A stretch of DNA of 63,954 bases, counting the filler, from Octopus bimaculoides (taxonomy: Eukaryota), in assembly GCF_001194135.2 (NCBI RefSeq). It is 6 parts of 6 records of this genome, joined end to end, with 100 filler letters (N's around TTAATTAATTAA, not from the genome) between each part and the next. Parts side by side here need not be neighbours in the genome. Positions count along the whole stretch, not along the records: positions 23,997 to 34,793 come from NC_068991.1; positions 34,894 to 51,813 come from NC_068984.1; 4 more parts are not named here. One strand, given 5' to 3'. The position numbers and the translations under genes are program-made. Below are positions 23,897-35,484 of the stretch, piece by piece. Position 1 is the first letter of the stretch, and every line of letters starts with the position of its first letter. A model generated the notes under the pieces. That model was not told the origin of the DNA, ran no database searches, and saw only the letters and a list, made by a program, of their open reading frames with translations.

Positions 23897-23996
23897 NNNN
23901 NNNNNNNNNNNNNNNNNNNNNNNNNNNNNNNNNNNNNNNNTTAATTAATTAANNNNNNNNNNNNNNNNNNNNNNNNNNNNNNNNNNNNNNNNNNNN

Positions 23997-24186
23997 TTGT
24001 ACATAGTGCTGTTCTAGAGAATGTTTAAGAAACCATAAGAAAATTATGTGTTTGTTTTAAAATTTGAGATCACATAGACAGTATTTTACTTAGGATATGG
24101 GCAGTTCCCATGAGCACTATCTTTTGAACTTCAGCCATTTTGGAGTTTCCTGGTATCTGAGCTAGGTAATAATCAGCCCGTTTCGC

Positions 24187-24188
<2 letters not shown>
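23997..24188 (-). mobile_element. R4/Dong-like LINE (lineage b), C-terminal fragment
   Basis: Reverse complement of 27608-27800 (AKRADYYLAQIPGNSKMAEVQKIVLMGTAHIL). Its 5' truncation abuts (AAT)n. Confidence 0.85.
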
Positions 24189-24189
<1 letters not shown>

Positions 24190-24229
<40 letters not shown>

Positions 24230-24450
24230 GAGTGAGAGAGCAGTGCATGCCATCAAAGTGACACTGAAGCCTATTATACCCATCATGACTACCCGTCTGA
24301 TAAGGGTACACCAGGGGTACATGCATCACAACCGTATGTGCACGACATGGTGATCTCATATCAAGATAAACAGCACATGATCTTGCAGGTGGGGCCCAGT
24401 TAAAATTTTCTTCACGTCGAGTAGCCCATCCCGCTCAAAAGGTCCCTAAT
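24190..24450 (-). repeat. Unclassified retroposon 3' end (family E) with (AAT)n tail
   Basis: Reverse complement of 31635-31895 (...gcatgcactgctctctcactc(aat)n). Confidence 0.8.
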
Positions 24451-24479
24451 TCAGGGACCTTTTGAGCGAGACACCTATG

Positions 24480-24663
24480 TTTCCAAAGAGGAATTATCCA
24501 AACACTTCTCTCTCTACCTTTATTTTCCTTTCCAAGTGAAACTTGAAGAAGTTGATCAGGGATTGGCCAACGAGAACAATGTTTGTCTTCAGCCTCTTTA
24601 ATCTCGTCTCCCATCTAACTTATTTCGCCATGGCCACCAGGCATATAAAGACAGCCTTTCTAT
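24480..24663 (-). mobile_element. Tx1/L1-clade LINE, segment 3' of the Ginger insertion
   Basis: Aligns with 32300-32465 and stops at cagcctttctat|CCGG. Confidence 0.85.
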
Positions 24664-24667
24664 CCGG

Positions 24668-26968
24668 GTATAGCGATTTCAGATCACCTCCCATGCATAT
24701 TACCCCCGAGGATAATTTGAAATCGATTTCTAGTTACCCCCTACGATTTCAGATTACCCCCCCACTTAAAATCCTTCCCCAAATGTTCGTCACCGTGATA
24801 GCAAATAGGAGAATCATTATTATGTTTATTATTATCATCATCATTATCATTTTTCTTCTGTAACTTACAAATATTATTACTAAACAGTATAACTAATAAT
24901 AAAAGTTTGTATCAAGGGAGATAATGGGTGAACCCATTAAATGTATGTGTTGATGTTTATTATGCGTGTATGCGTAATGTACATTTGTAAATGAAAGAGA
25001 AAGTAATGTAAATCAAAGAGAAAGTCAGAGCTTCATTTGATTGGAGTTTCCACTCAATTATTTAAAGCTGAAGAAGTTTGAAAGAAGCATATCCAGAATG
25101 GCTACTTTTAGTACACAAGACAAAGCTGACAACATTGATTTGATATTTGATTATATTGTTAACAACAAATATGGACTTCATATGTCCAAAAACGAAAAGG
25201 CAAACCTTCGTAGGATCTCTAAGTATTATGTTGCACGGCGTGGTCAACTCTACTATCGCCACAGAGAAGAGAGAATAAGAAATTCTGAAAATGAATACTT
25301 GACCATTCGCAATCTGGATGAACAGAAGAGTATTATCTCAAGTATTCACATGAGCTGTGGAGATAGTGATACTGCCCGCTGCTTGAGAAGTCATCTTGGT
25401 GTCGTCAGAACCTTAGAGAGGTTTTATTGGAAACTTATGGGCAAAGATATAAAAGAGTTCGTTTTGTCTTGTGATCAGTGTCAAAAAGTGAACTCTGTTT
25501 ACAAAATTAATGTTAGAGAGATTCATACTATTCCTGTGCCAAATGAAGTGATGACCCAAATTGGTGTCGACATCACCAATTTGTCGAAAACAGATGATGG
25601 TTATTGTTGCATTGTTGTTGCAATGGATTGCTTTTCCAAATGACCTGAGGCTCGATCTTTGAAAGATCACACAACGGAAAGGGTAGGAAAGTTTCTCTTT
25701 GAGGATGTTACTTGTCAGCATGGCTGTATAAAAATTCAGATAAATGACTAAGGAAGATAATTCGTAAACAGAGTGTCTGCAGAACTACATAAACTGACAG
25801 GAACACGGCAGCACATAACAAGTCTTTATCACCCTCAAGCAAATGGCCTCATGGAGCGACAGAATCGCACTATAAAAGATACTTTTATCAAATCCCTTGA
25901 GGACCGTGGCAACTGGGTTGAATGCTTACCAGTAGTTCTGTTTGCGTATCGAACAGCCAAACATTCAACACATTTTACGCCGTTTCAAATTTTATACACA
26001 GGCAAAGCTACATTTCCAGTTGAACTACAACACAACCCAACTGCCAAAGATCAGGACAGCTTTGGAAATGATCAATCTATATCCAGAAAAATTGATGTTA
26101 TGACAGCTATTCGAGACAGCATGATTTTTCGAATTGCCTCCAATATTAGAATAGCTCAGAAAACACGAGCAACGGCAGTTCAATATTGGAAATTAAGTTC
26201 TGCTCAAAAACCTAATTCGAGAGGATAGAAAGGGAGGACATTTTATGGAACGCCGCACAGGTCCTTACATTTCAAATAACAATAAAGTACTAGAAAAGAA
26301 AGTAAATGCTATCAACCTCACTAGATATATTGAGCAACCACCAGCAAGTAAAAAACGAAAAGCAAATTACGAAAATCAAGATACCCAAGCGCCAAACTAA
26401 AAAAAAGACGGCTTAATGTATATAAATACACTTCGTTAACAATTTAAAGTGTGTAAATAAATTTCGGTCTGTATATAAAGCACATATCGTTCTTCAAATC
26501 AATCTCTTATCACTACATACTGTCAAATCAACCCAGTCCACTATAAACAACATCCGTCTGCTACATATCAATAGAAAAAAAGTATTCTAATCCAAATCAC
26601 TTTCTCATTAACAAAAGGAAAAATAAAATAACAATAATGTTTTTATTTTAAAAAATTGCAAACACAGAATCTCAGATATTCGACATGTTTTTTTCAGCGC
26701 ATCATAAAATTGTTTAAAAAAATCTAATATTTTTGTCTTATTTTCATATTTAATGATTAGTTTATGATCTTGAATGTAATCCGTGTTTAATGTTATAAAA
26801 ATATCAGGAGTTGTAAGTCTTAGAATTTATTGTTTTAGCAAAATCATCGAGGGGATAATGCGAAGAGTGCGGGGTTAGGGTTAGGGTTGTTACCTCCCCG
26901 GTAATCTGAAATCGATTTCAGATTACCGGAAGGTAGCTTGAGATGAGGGGTAAATTAAAATCTTTACA
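24668..26968 (+). mobile_element. Ginger1-like DNA transposon, full length but decayed
   Basis: Flanks are CCGG (24664-24667) and CCGA (26969-26972). The right end is ...TCTTTACA. Degenerate TIRs of about 70 bp share taat.tgaaatcgatttc.a.ttacc. A single gypsy-type integrase ORF is present, with no RT, gag or LTR. Confidence 0.85.
25098..26400 (+). pseudogene. Ginger1-type transposase (YPYY-like, H2C2, DDE, GPY/F)
   Basis: FDYIVNNKY..KANLRRISKYY..GQLYY; IH..SHLG..CDQC; IGVD..ND*G..MER; YHPQANG; RKGGHFMERRTGPY (26260-26268); ends PPASKKRK..PN*. Three in-frame stops (25641-25750), a frameshift near 26160 and a further stop. Confidence 0.9.
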
Positions 26969-26972
26969 CCGA

Positions 26973-27540
26973 TTAAAGGAAGGCGCCAGGGCGATCTTCC
27001 CGATCGATTCAGTTAACAGCCGGATCCGTCCTACACGTGACAGCAGGTGTTCGACATAAATCTACGAGTCAGCAATGCTTGGGCACTGGACGAGTGCATG
27101 CAGGACCGTCTCGTTTTCCTGCGCGCATTTTAGAATGCTCGGCCTACGTCACTTCAGTGCTTGTATAGTTTACCTCGACCAGGTAAAGCTCCCCAGTAGC
27201 ACTGCCAGGCCAGAGATTTTAGCAAGTTATCCATCGGATCCAGGCCGAAAGTTCTCCGGAAAAGAGCAGCTAACTGATCTTCTTCGACGCCCAAGGTCTC
27301 CCCAAGAACGTCGTTGCACTTTCTCTCCACTAATCTTCTATAGAAACCTAAAGTGGACGTTCCACCTATCGCAGTGTCCAACTGGCTGAGGGCTGTGAGC
27401 GCTTGAACACATTCCATTTTCCAAATACCTCCTCTCGGTCTCTGACTCAGGACTGCAGCTCCGTTAAAGAAACTAATTAGGGAAATACGTGTCTGGCGAA
27501 CGGTGACCAAACCAGTTCACCGTCAAGGGAGCACTGAAGA
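26973..27540 (-). mobile_element. Tx1/L1-clade LINE, segment 5' of the Ginger insertion
   Basis: ORF 27154-27510 (TAIGGTSTLGFYRRLVERKCNDVLGETL...SLAWQCYWGALP) parallels 32471-32856. Confidence 0.88.
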
Positions 27541-27918
27541 TATCCTAACCTCAACGCATGTCTGAAGACGAAAACAATACCTATTGTCATAGGTGCCCTG
27601 GGAATGACAGCGAAACGGGCTGATTACTACCTAGCTCAAATACCAAGAAACCCCAAAATGGCTGAAGTTCAAAAGATAGTGCTCATGGGAACTGCCCATA
27701 TCCTACGTAAAATACTGTCTATGTGATCTCAAATTTCAAAACAAACACATAATTTTCTTATGGTTTCTTAAACATTCACTAAAACAAAACTGTACAAATC
27801 CAAATATATGGTACCCTAGGCATAACACCTACATGAACTTCTAACTTGTTGTCTCTTGAGGTCTCTGGGTGAGACTTGGATCCAACTTGTACAAATGCAA
27901 AACAAAAGTCAAACATAA

Positions 27919-27974
<56 letters not shown>

Positions 27975-27975
27975 T
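27540..27975 (+). mobile_element. R4/Dong-like LINE (lineage b), 3' end with (AAT)n tail
   Basis: KTKTIPIVIGALGMTAKRADYYL...VQKIVLMGTAHILRKILSM*, then a 3'UTR and (AAT)n. Confidence 0.85.
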
Positions 27976-28279
27976 GATGATACTGATAATAATAATAAAC
28001 TCATACAGTAGATACTGCCAAAAAGGGAAGAAAACCCCACAACATGTGCTATAAAAGTCTGATACCCAACAGTTTGCTCTGCACAAGCAACACACAATAC
28101 AAAAACTAATACAACAGAAAACTCAAATCAAACCTCATGACAAAACATAATATTGCCTAAAGGCAAAAAAAAAAAAAAAAAAATGAAGTATATATCTCAC
28201 CAGCAAGTGATACAATAGAAAGTTACTTGAAACTATCAGATGTCGAATAATAATAGTGGTGATGACGATGGTGACGAAC

Positions 28280-30774
28280 GTTACCTTACCTCATTTTATG
28301 AGAGACAAGAGTTTGCGTATAAACTCTGAATGTAACAGCAAAAATGAGGTTGAACCTTTAAGGGAAGGCCTCTCGCTAGGCAGTGGTTCAATAAAGATGC
28401 AGACTGACCACAACTGTTATTCTAAGACAGCATCATCAGACAATAGAGTAAGGATGAGGAAGTGGACCAGCGAAGAAAACAGAATAGTGATGCATGCTAC
28501 TTAGAAAGTGAAACTAAAGGAAGGGGTTATAAAAAACGGATGTTAACATATTGGGTGGAGCAGGGTATGTCTAAAATGACTGAGCAGAGACTAGTAGATC
28601 AAGCTAATGCTATTAGGAGAAGAAAGTGGATGACAGAATTGGAAGTAGAAGAGATCACAAGAGAACTGGAAAAGAAAGATCAGGCAGTGAGAAAGACAAC
28701 AACATAAGAGATACAGGTCAAACCAAAGAACCTAAAGGACAAAATAACAATAGCGCTACCAATAAGGAAGGGGCAACTTGCTCCAGCATTGGAGGTAGAA
28801 GAGATCACAAGAAAACTGGAAAAAGAAAGACCAGGCAGTAAGTAAGACAAACAACAACATATAAGATACGGTTCAAACCAAAGAAGAACCTATAAAAAAT
28901 AATAATAGCTCTACTAGTAAGGAAGGGACAACTGTAACCAGTGATATAAGTGATTTAAGTGAAGAAAATCAGAAAACTTTTAAATGAGATGCAGGAAGTA
29001 ATGAGTAAAGAAGAAAGAAAAAGATTACCAGCATTAAAAGGTACCAAGAGAAGGAAACTGCTAGATACAACTAGGAAAGTAGATTCTGTTATCAGTAGGA
29101 TAGATACTAAAAATATAGGTGGCACTAACTTATTGCTCTATGCCTGATGGGTAGTAGTTACTAGAAGATTAGATATTCCACAAAGAAAGATTAGAAAAGA
29201 GCAGATGTGGAGAAGGAGACTACAAAATAAAGTAAAGACTTTAAGACAAGATCTGGATAGAATAGAAGCCTGGAAACTAAACAAGTTAGGAAACACAAGA
29301 TTTAATACTTCTACTGATAAAAGATACTTATTCAAAGAGAAAGGATTTGGGACAGTCATAGAAGAGTTGAAACAGCGTATCCTAGCAGTAGTAGGTAAGC
29401 TTTCCAGATATAAGAAAAGAACAGATCAGTATCAACAGAATAGATTATTTGAAATAGACCAGAGAAATTTAATAACCAAATAAACAGTGGAGAAGAAAGT
29501 ACTGAAGATAGATGAGAAACCTAATGCAGAAGAAGCTAGAAAGTTCTAGAGTAATATTTGGGATAGGCCAGTCTATCATAATGGAGATGCAGTATGGTTA
29601 AAGAAAGTGATAGAAGAAGTAGTGAGTGAGTAGCAGCCAGCTCAGTATTAAGAAAGGAAAAGGAGGCAAGGAAAAAATTAACCATTTGCTCTACATGGAT
29701 GATCTGAAGCTTTTTAGTAAGAATGAAAAGAGATAGGTTCCTTAATAGAGAAAAACTCTTCGGCAAAGATATAGGCAAGGAATTTGGCATAGATAAGTGT
29801 GAAAAGGGGACAGGTAGTCAACAGTGAAGGCATCTAATTTCCAAATGGTCAGACATTAAAATCACTGAAAGAAGGAGAAACTTATAAGTATCTAGGAGTA
29901 TTAGAATCTGACCGAGTTCATAAGAAGTGTGAGGAAGCTAATGAAGTCGAAATTAAATGGTCCGAATCTAGTGACGATTGTAACTACTTGGGCAGTATCA
30001 TTACTTAGGTAGTCAGCAACGTTTGTAGATTGGACAAAAACTGAATTAGCAAAACTAGACAGAAGAACTAGGAAGGAATTCAATATGAATGGAAGACTCC
30101 ACCCAAGGACAGAAGTAACAAGATTATACTTACTTAGAAAGGAAGGTGAAAGAAGGTTGATATCAGTAGATGACTGCGTGGAGTTAGCTAGAGTAGATAT
30201 AGACTCCTATGTAAGTAATAGTGAAGAAAATTTATTAAGAGCTACTAGAGTCACAGCAAGCCATAGGGAAACCCAAAATCCAAACGAAGTTAAAAACCAG
30301 AAAAAGAACAAAAGTTATCTGACTGGCAAGAGAAGGCTTTGCATGGTAGATTCCCTAAGATAGTTGCAGCAAATAGTAGTAGTGAGACATGGCTATGGTT
30401 GCAGAAAGGAAGGAAGAAAAGAGAGACAGAAAGTGTGTTAGTAGCAGCACAAGATCAAGCATTAAGGACTAATTGGATAAACGCCAAGATAGACAAAAAC
30501 CAAGTAGATTCCCAATGCAGGCTGTGCAAATCAAAGAGGAAAATGTTACTCATATAGTAAGTGAATGTAGATGCTGGTACAGAAAGAATACAATAAAAGA
30601 CAGGACAACCAAGGGAGAATAATCCCCTAGGAGTTATGTAGAAAGCTAGAATTTGACCATGCTGATAAATGGTATGAACATGAACCTAGTAAAGTATTAG
30701 AAAGTAAGAAATATAAGATGTGTGGGACTTTAACATTCAGACTGACAGAATAATAGAAGCTAGAAGGCCTGATT

Positions 30775-30834
<60 letters not shown>

Positions 30835-31185
30835 AAAAAGAGAATAGAAAGTGCCAGATAATTGACTTCGCAATCCCAAATGATGAAAAATTCCAAATGA
30901 AAAGTATAGAAAAAATAGCAAAGTACCAGGATCTGGCCATTGAATTGCAGACTGTGGAAAGTGCGGATAAAATGTATCCCAGTAATTATAGATGCATTTC
31001 CCTAAAGATTTGAACAAATAGAGAGAGGGAAAAGGCATAAAACCCAGTTTAGTACAACTCCAGAAGACAGTATTTTTAGAGTCAGCTAGGATACTTTGAA
31101 GGGTTCTTGGCATCTAAGATTACTTGTTGTAGCCTGATGTTAGGAATTTTTTTCCAACAGTCTAAGTTTCTAACAGTATGTAGAA
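28280..31185 (+). mobile_element. R4/Dong-like RLE LINE (lineage a), near full length with internal RT deletion
   Basis: RKWTSEENRIVM/GYKKRML..W..TEQRLVDQ N-terminus; WRRRL..; INHLLYMDDLKLF (YMDD 29692-29703); LHPR..RLYL.RKEG.R; AAQDQAL; CRLC; WDFNIQTD..RRPDL..IIDFAIP..EKIAKYQDL. Many stops and frameshifts. Confidence 0.92.
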
Positions 31186-31300
31186 GAAGAAGAAGAAGAA
31201 GAAGAAGAAGAAGAAGAAGAAGAAGAAGAAGAAGAAGAAGAAGAAGAAGAAGAAGAAGAAGAAGAAGAAGAAGAAGAAGAACAACAACAACAACAACAAC
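31182..31300. repeat. (GAA)n then (CAA)n microsatellite at the R4a 3' end
   Basis: Directly visible. Confidence 0.95.
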
Positions 31301-31310
31301 NNNNNNNNNN

Positions 31311-31625
31311 TCCTGATGCAGTACTAAAGAGCGGCTTTCATGGCTTCTGATCTTAATTGATTGGAAGTGTTATCATGTACATTGTTTTGTCTTGGTATAA
31401 AAAGATGGGTTACAGCAAATATTCTGCTCAATACCATAGAATTGCTTGTCAGTTATTTGACCTTAACCAGTTGAGAATGTCTCTTGGTGGCTGACGATAT
31501 GCGTATCTCTGATTACGATCAGAAATGGTGTGGGAGCATCATAGCCAGGTGTTCAAAGTAATTCTTTGAGATTTGGATAATTCGCCTTTGGAAACATAGG
31601 TGTTTTGTTCAACATCCTTAAACAA
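31311..31625. repeat. Family F repeat, longer copy
   Basis: Aligns with 21850-22030. Confidence 0.7.
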
Positions 31626-31634
31626 ACCTTATTC

Positions 31635-31864
31635 AGGAACCTTTTGGGAGGGATGGGCTACTCGACCTGGAGATAATTTTAACTGGGCCCCACTTGCAAG
31701 GTCATGGGCTGTTTATCTTGATATGAGATCACCATGTCGCAGACATACGGTTGCGATGTATGTGCCTGGTGTACCCTTATCAAACGGGTAGTCATGATGG
31801 GAATACTGGGCTTCGCATATTTTACCCCAGTGTCACTTAGATGGCATGCACTGCTCTCTCACTC

Positions 31865-31895
<31 letters not shown>
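31635..31895 (+). repeat. Family E retroposon 3' end with (AAT)n tail
   Basis: Reverse complement of 24190-24450. Confidence 0.8.
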
Positions 31896-31896
<1 letters not shown>

Positions 31897-31924
31897 CGAT
31901 GATGATGATGATGATGACGACGAT

Positions 31925-34510
31925 GATTTCTTTATTAACTACAAGAGTTTCCATGAAAAAAAATATAGACAGCACAAGACAAAACAAAAATAACGTGTGT
32001 GTATGTGTGTATGTGTGTGAGTGCGTGTAGTTGTAAGGGTTTTTCGTGTAAACAAGACTAATATAATTTCTAAAAAACTGAGATCAACAATGTGTAATCC
32101 TCAATAGGGAAGAGACATTTGAGGGCTGCTCATGGAAAACCCCCATAAAATCCATGGGTACCTTGACTTTTGGGTCAGGTACCTTTTCTTTTTTTCTGCT
32201 TCCTTTCCTCTTTCCAACTATAGGAGTATGCTCAGGGCAGGCCCGTCCACTCGTACCATTCTCGCCACTTTCATCCACCTTTCGGCAAACTGACTAGAAG
32301 ATAATACTTCCCTCTCTACCCTTACTTTCCTTTTCAAGTGAACCTCGAAGAAGTTCATCAGGGATTGGCCAAAGAGAAAAGTGTTTGTTTTCAGTCCCTT
32401 TAATCTCGTCCACCACACCACTTCTTTCACCATGGTGACCTGGCATATAAAAACAGCCTTTCCTTCTCGGTTAAAAGAAGGCGGATTCAGTTGATAGCCG
32501 GATCCGTCTCACATGCGACAGCAGGTGTTCGACAAAACCCCACAGATAAGCAATGCTCGGGCACTGGACGAGTGCATGCAGGACCGTCTCGTCGTCCTGC
32601 GAGCAGCTCGGACATGCTCGGCTGACGGCACCGCCGTGTCTGTATAGTTTATCTCGAACAGGCGAAGCTCCCCGGTAACACTGCCAGGCCAGAGATTTTT
32701 GGAAACTATACATTGGTCCCGGCCCAAAAGTTCTCCGGAAAAAAGCGACTAGCTTATCTTCGACGTCTAAGGTCTCCCCAAGAACGTCGTCGCATTTTTG
32801 CTCCACTAATTCTCTATAAAAAGCTAAAGTGAACGTTCCACCTATCGCACTGTCCGNNNNNNNNNNNNNNNNNNNNNNNNNNNNNNNNNNNNNNNNNNNN
32901 NNNNNNNNNNNNNNNNNNNNNNNNNNNNNNNNNNNNNNNNNNNNNNNNNNNNNNNNNNNNNNNNNNNNNNNNNNNNNNNNNNNNNNNNNNNNNNNNNNNN
33001 NNNNNNNNNNNNNNNNNNNNNNNNNNNNNNNNNNNNNNNNNNNNNNNNNNNNNNNNNNNNNNNNNNNNNNNNNNNNNNNNNNNNNNNNNNNNNNNNNNNN
33101 NNNNNNNNNNNNNNNNNNNNNNNNNNNNNNNNNNNNNNNNNNNNNNNNNNNNNNNNNNNNNNNNNNNNCGGCATGCCCAGTCCACCACTCAGCGAGTGCT
33201 GACAGCAAATAGATCGCCTGACCATCGGGACGCGTCCCTTCCACAAGAAGCGGAAGAGTATACGTTCCAGCATAATTAGACGGTGGCCAGGACCAGGCAC
33301 GACGGTCAAACGATAGTAGATGACGGACGCGATATACGCGTTAGCCACCTCTGCCCGACCTTTCAGGGATAGCTTTCTCTCGGCCCATTTCTGGGTGAGA
33401 GTAGTCACCTTGTTCGTTACCTCATCCCAGTTTTTGTCCATCTGGAGGTCCGAACCGAACCAGATCCCGAGCAATTTAACTAGTCCGTCCGTCCGTCCGT
33501 TCGTCCGTCCGTCCGTTCATCCGTCCAGCGCCCAACGACGCAGCTGGACGGCATGGACTTGTTTCTCCAAGTGCCGAGCCGCAAGCCTACTGGTTTTTCC
33601 TGGTTAATTGTCGCTCCTGAAACCGCCTCGTAGTCTCTGAGAGTGGTTCCGATTATTTCTATGTGTTTATGATCCGACACCACTACAGTGACCTCATCGA
33701 CATATGCCGACATGCATCTACCATGTCCTAGGTTTCGAGATGCCTTCCAACGCTTCCAGTTTGTGTAGTAGTGGCTCGAGAGTCAGTACGTACAAGAGAG
33801 ACGAGAGGGGACAATCTTGCCAGACGAAGCGCATGATGTTGAACGGCTCTGAGAGGTGACCGTTCACTCTGACCATTGAGCAGATCTTGCTGTGCATTGC
33901 TGCGATCCAGCCTCTAAATACAGGCCGCCAGGTATAGATGGTCGACGCTATCGAAAGCTTTAGACTGAACTAAATTGACCAGGGCCCCACCCATGCCAGG
34001 TCCTTTAGCCACGTTTTCGATGTTGTATTGCATGAGGTGGAGGTTGTCGTGGGTGGATCTTTTCGGGATGGCACATGTCCGTGCCTCCCCTACCAGATCC
34101 CCGACGAAAAACACCAGCCTCGTAGCTAATACCTTGGCCAAAAGTTTGAACTCTGCATTCAGCAGAGTTATGGGCCTAAAGTTGTCAAAACAATCCCCCT
34201 TGTTCAGGTCTTTTCTCAACAACGCCACCGCTACTTGGCTCACAAAACTAGGAATTCTCCCATTCTGTTGTCAGTTGCAGTAAACGTTTGCGAAGAGGTC
34301 ACCGAACAAGTCTGGCATTTAAGCTTAAAGCTCGTAGGGTAGACCATCCAAACCAGGCGATTTACCCCTCGTACAGCTAGCCATTCCGTCCCGTATTTCA
34401 AAGGTTGTTATTGGCCTTTCGCAGCGCTTCACCTCCGTTGCCGAGAGCTGCGGCAACCCGTCGAGGTAGGACGGGAAATCCATCCTGCAACCCGGCTCAC
34501 CTCTGCTTAC
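31925..34510 (-). mobile_element. Tx1/L1-clade LINE: RT, thumb, zf-RVT, 3'UTR (5'-truncated, one gap)
   Basis: NFRPITLLNAEFKLLAKVLATRL; QSKAFDSVDH; SAYVDEVTV; LLGIWFG; LSLKGRAEV; GGLGMP; CPSCSQDDETVLHALVQC; AATAAA at about 31930 on the minus strand. Confidence 0.92.
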
Positions 34511-34529
34511 ACATACATGTATATATGAT

Positions 34530-34792
34530 ACTAGCAGTATAGCCCGGCTTTGCCCGGGATTAAGTTAGGATTATTAAGCTAATCAAGTTCTTTATTTCAA
34601 CCAAACTAAGAAACATCGACGTCAAATTTGGTCGAAATCCGTTGAAATTAGTAAACTTTTGGCTGAAAATGAGTTGCTGACAACTTGATTGGGTAATCTC
34701 ATAAGGAATCGGTTTATCGAGTTTTTCCACTCATCGATTTTATTTTTCGTTTTTGGAGAACTTCAAGCATTCAAAGATCCCATGAGTCCTAA
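34530..34792 (+). mobile_element. Helitron/Helentron-like non-autonomous element, 5' part
   Basis: Starts actagcag..gcccggctttgcccggg and contains caaatttggtcgaaatcc; cut by a gap. Confidence 0.45.
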
Positions 34793-35484
34793 GNNNNNNN
34801 NNNNNNNNNNNNNNNNNNNNNNNNNNNNNNNNNNNNNTTAATTAATTAANNNNNNNNNNNNNNNNNNNNNNNNNNNNNNNNNNNNNNNNNNNNTATATAT
34901 ATATATACATATAGGCACACAAATACCAACTTGTATACATATATACACACATGCGTGCATACATCTGCATACGCGCTTTGATATATATATATATATATAT
35001 ATATAATATGTGTGTTTGTGTGTATGTATATTTATATGTGTGTGAGTGTACGCGTATGTGTGTTCTCGTGTATTTAGAATTCACACGCTATACCGTATAT
35101 GCAGTCACATAAATAGATGTGTTTATAACATGACGATAATTCAGATAGATAAAGAAGCCAGCAAAAGTCAGTTTTTTAATTTATTTTCCCACTACTTCAC
35201 CCGTTTCAACGCATTAACCTCGCAAGTTTTATCTACGTGATGGTCGTTAAGTCTTTCGCTTTTCTCCAGATATTAAACTTATGTGAATTTATGTCAGTAT
35301 TTCTTTTTATTTGCTAAGATTACTTTTTCGATCTCGCACGTTTTTTTTTATGCATAGATTTTATAACGATCATTTTGACAGTAGGAAAATGTTTATCAAG
35401 AATAAAAAGAATACTTTCAAATGATATTATGACTCTTTGTGTTTTTAAAAAAATATTATCGTTGTTATTATTTTTATTCATATA

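Noticed and set aside
25041-26400. Domesticated GIN1/GIN2 host gene, or gypsy LTR retrotransposon
   Set aside because: Multiple stops and a frameshift; bounded by TIR-like ends and a TSD inside a LINE; no RT, RNase H, gag or LTRs.
26871-26888. Interstitial telomere
   Set aside because: Only about 2.5 TTAGGG units, lying inside the transposon's subterminal region.
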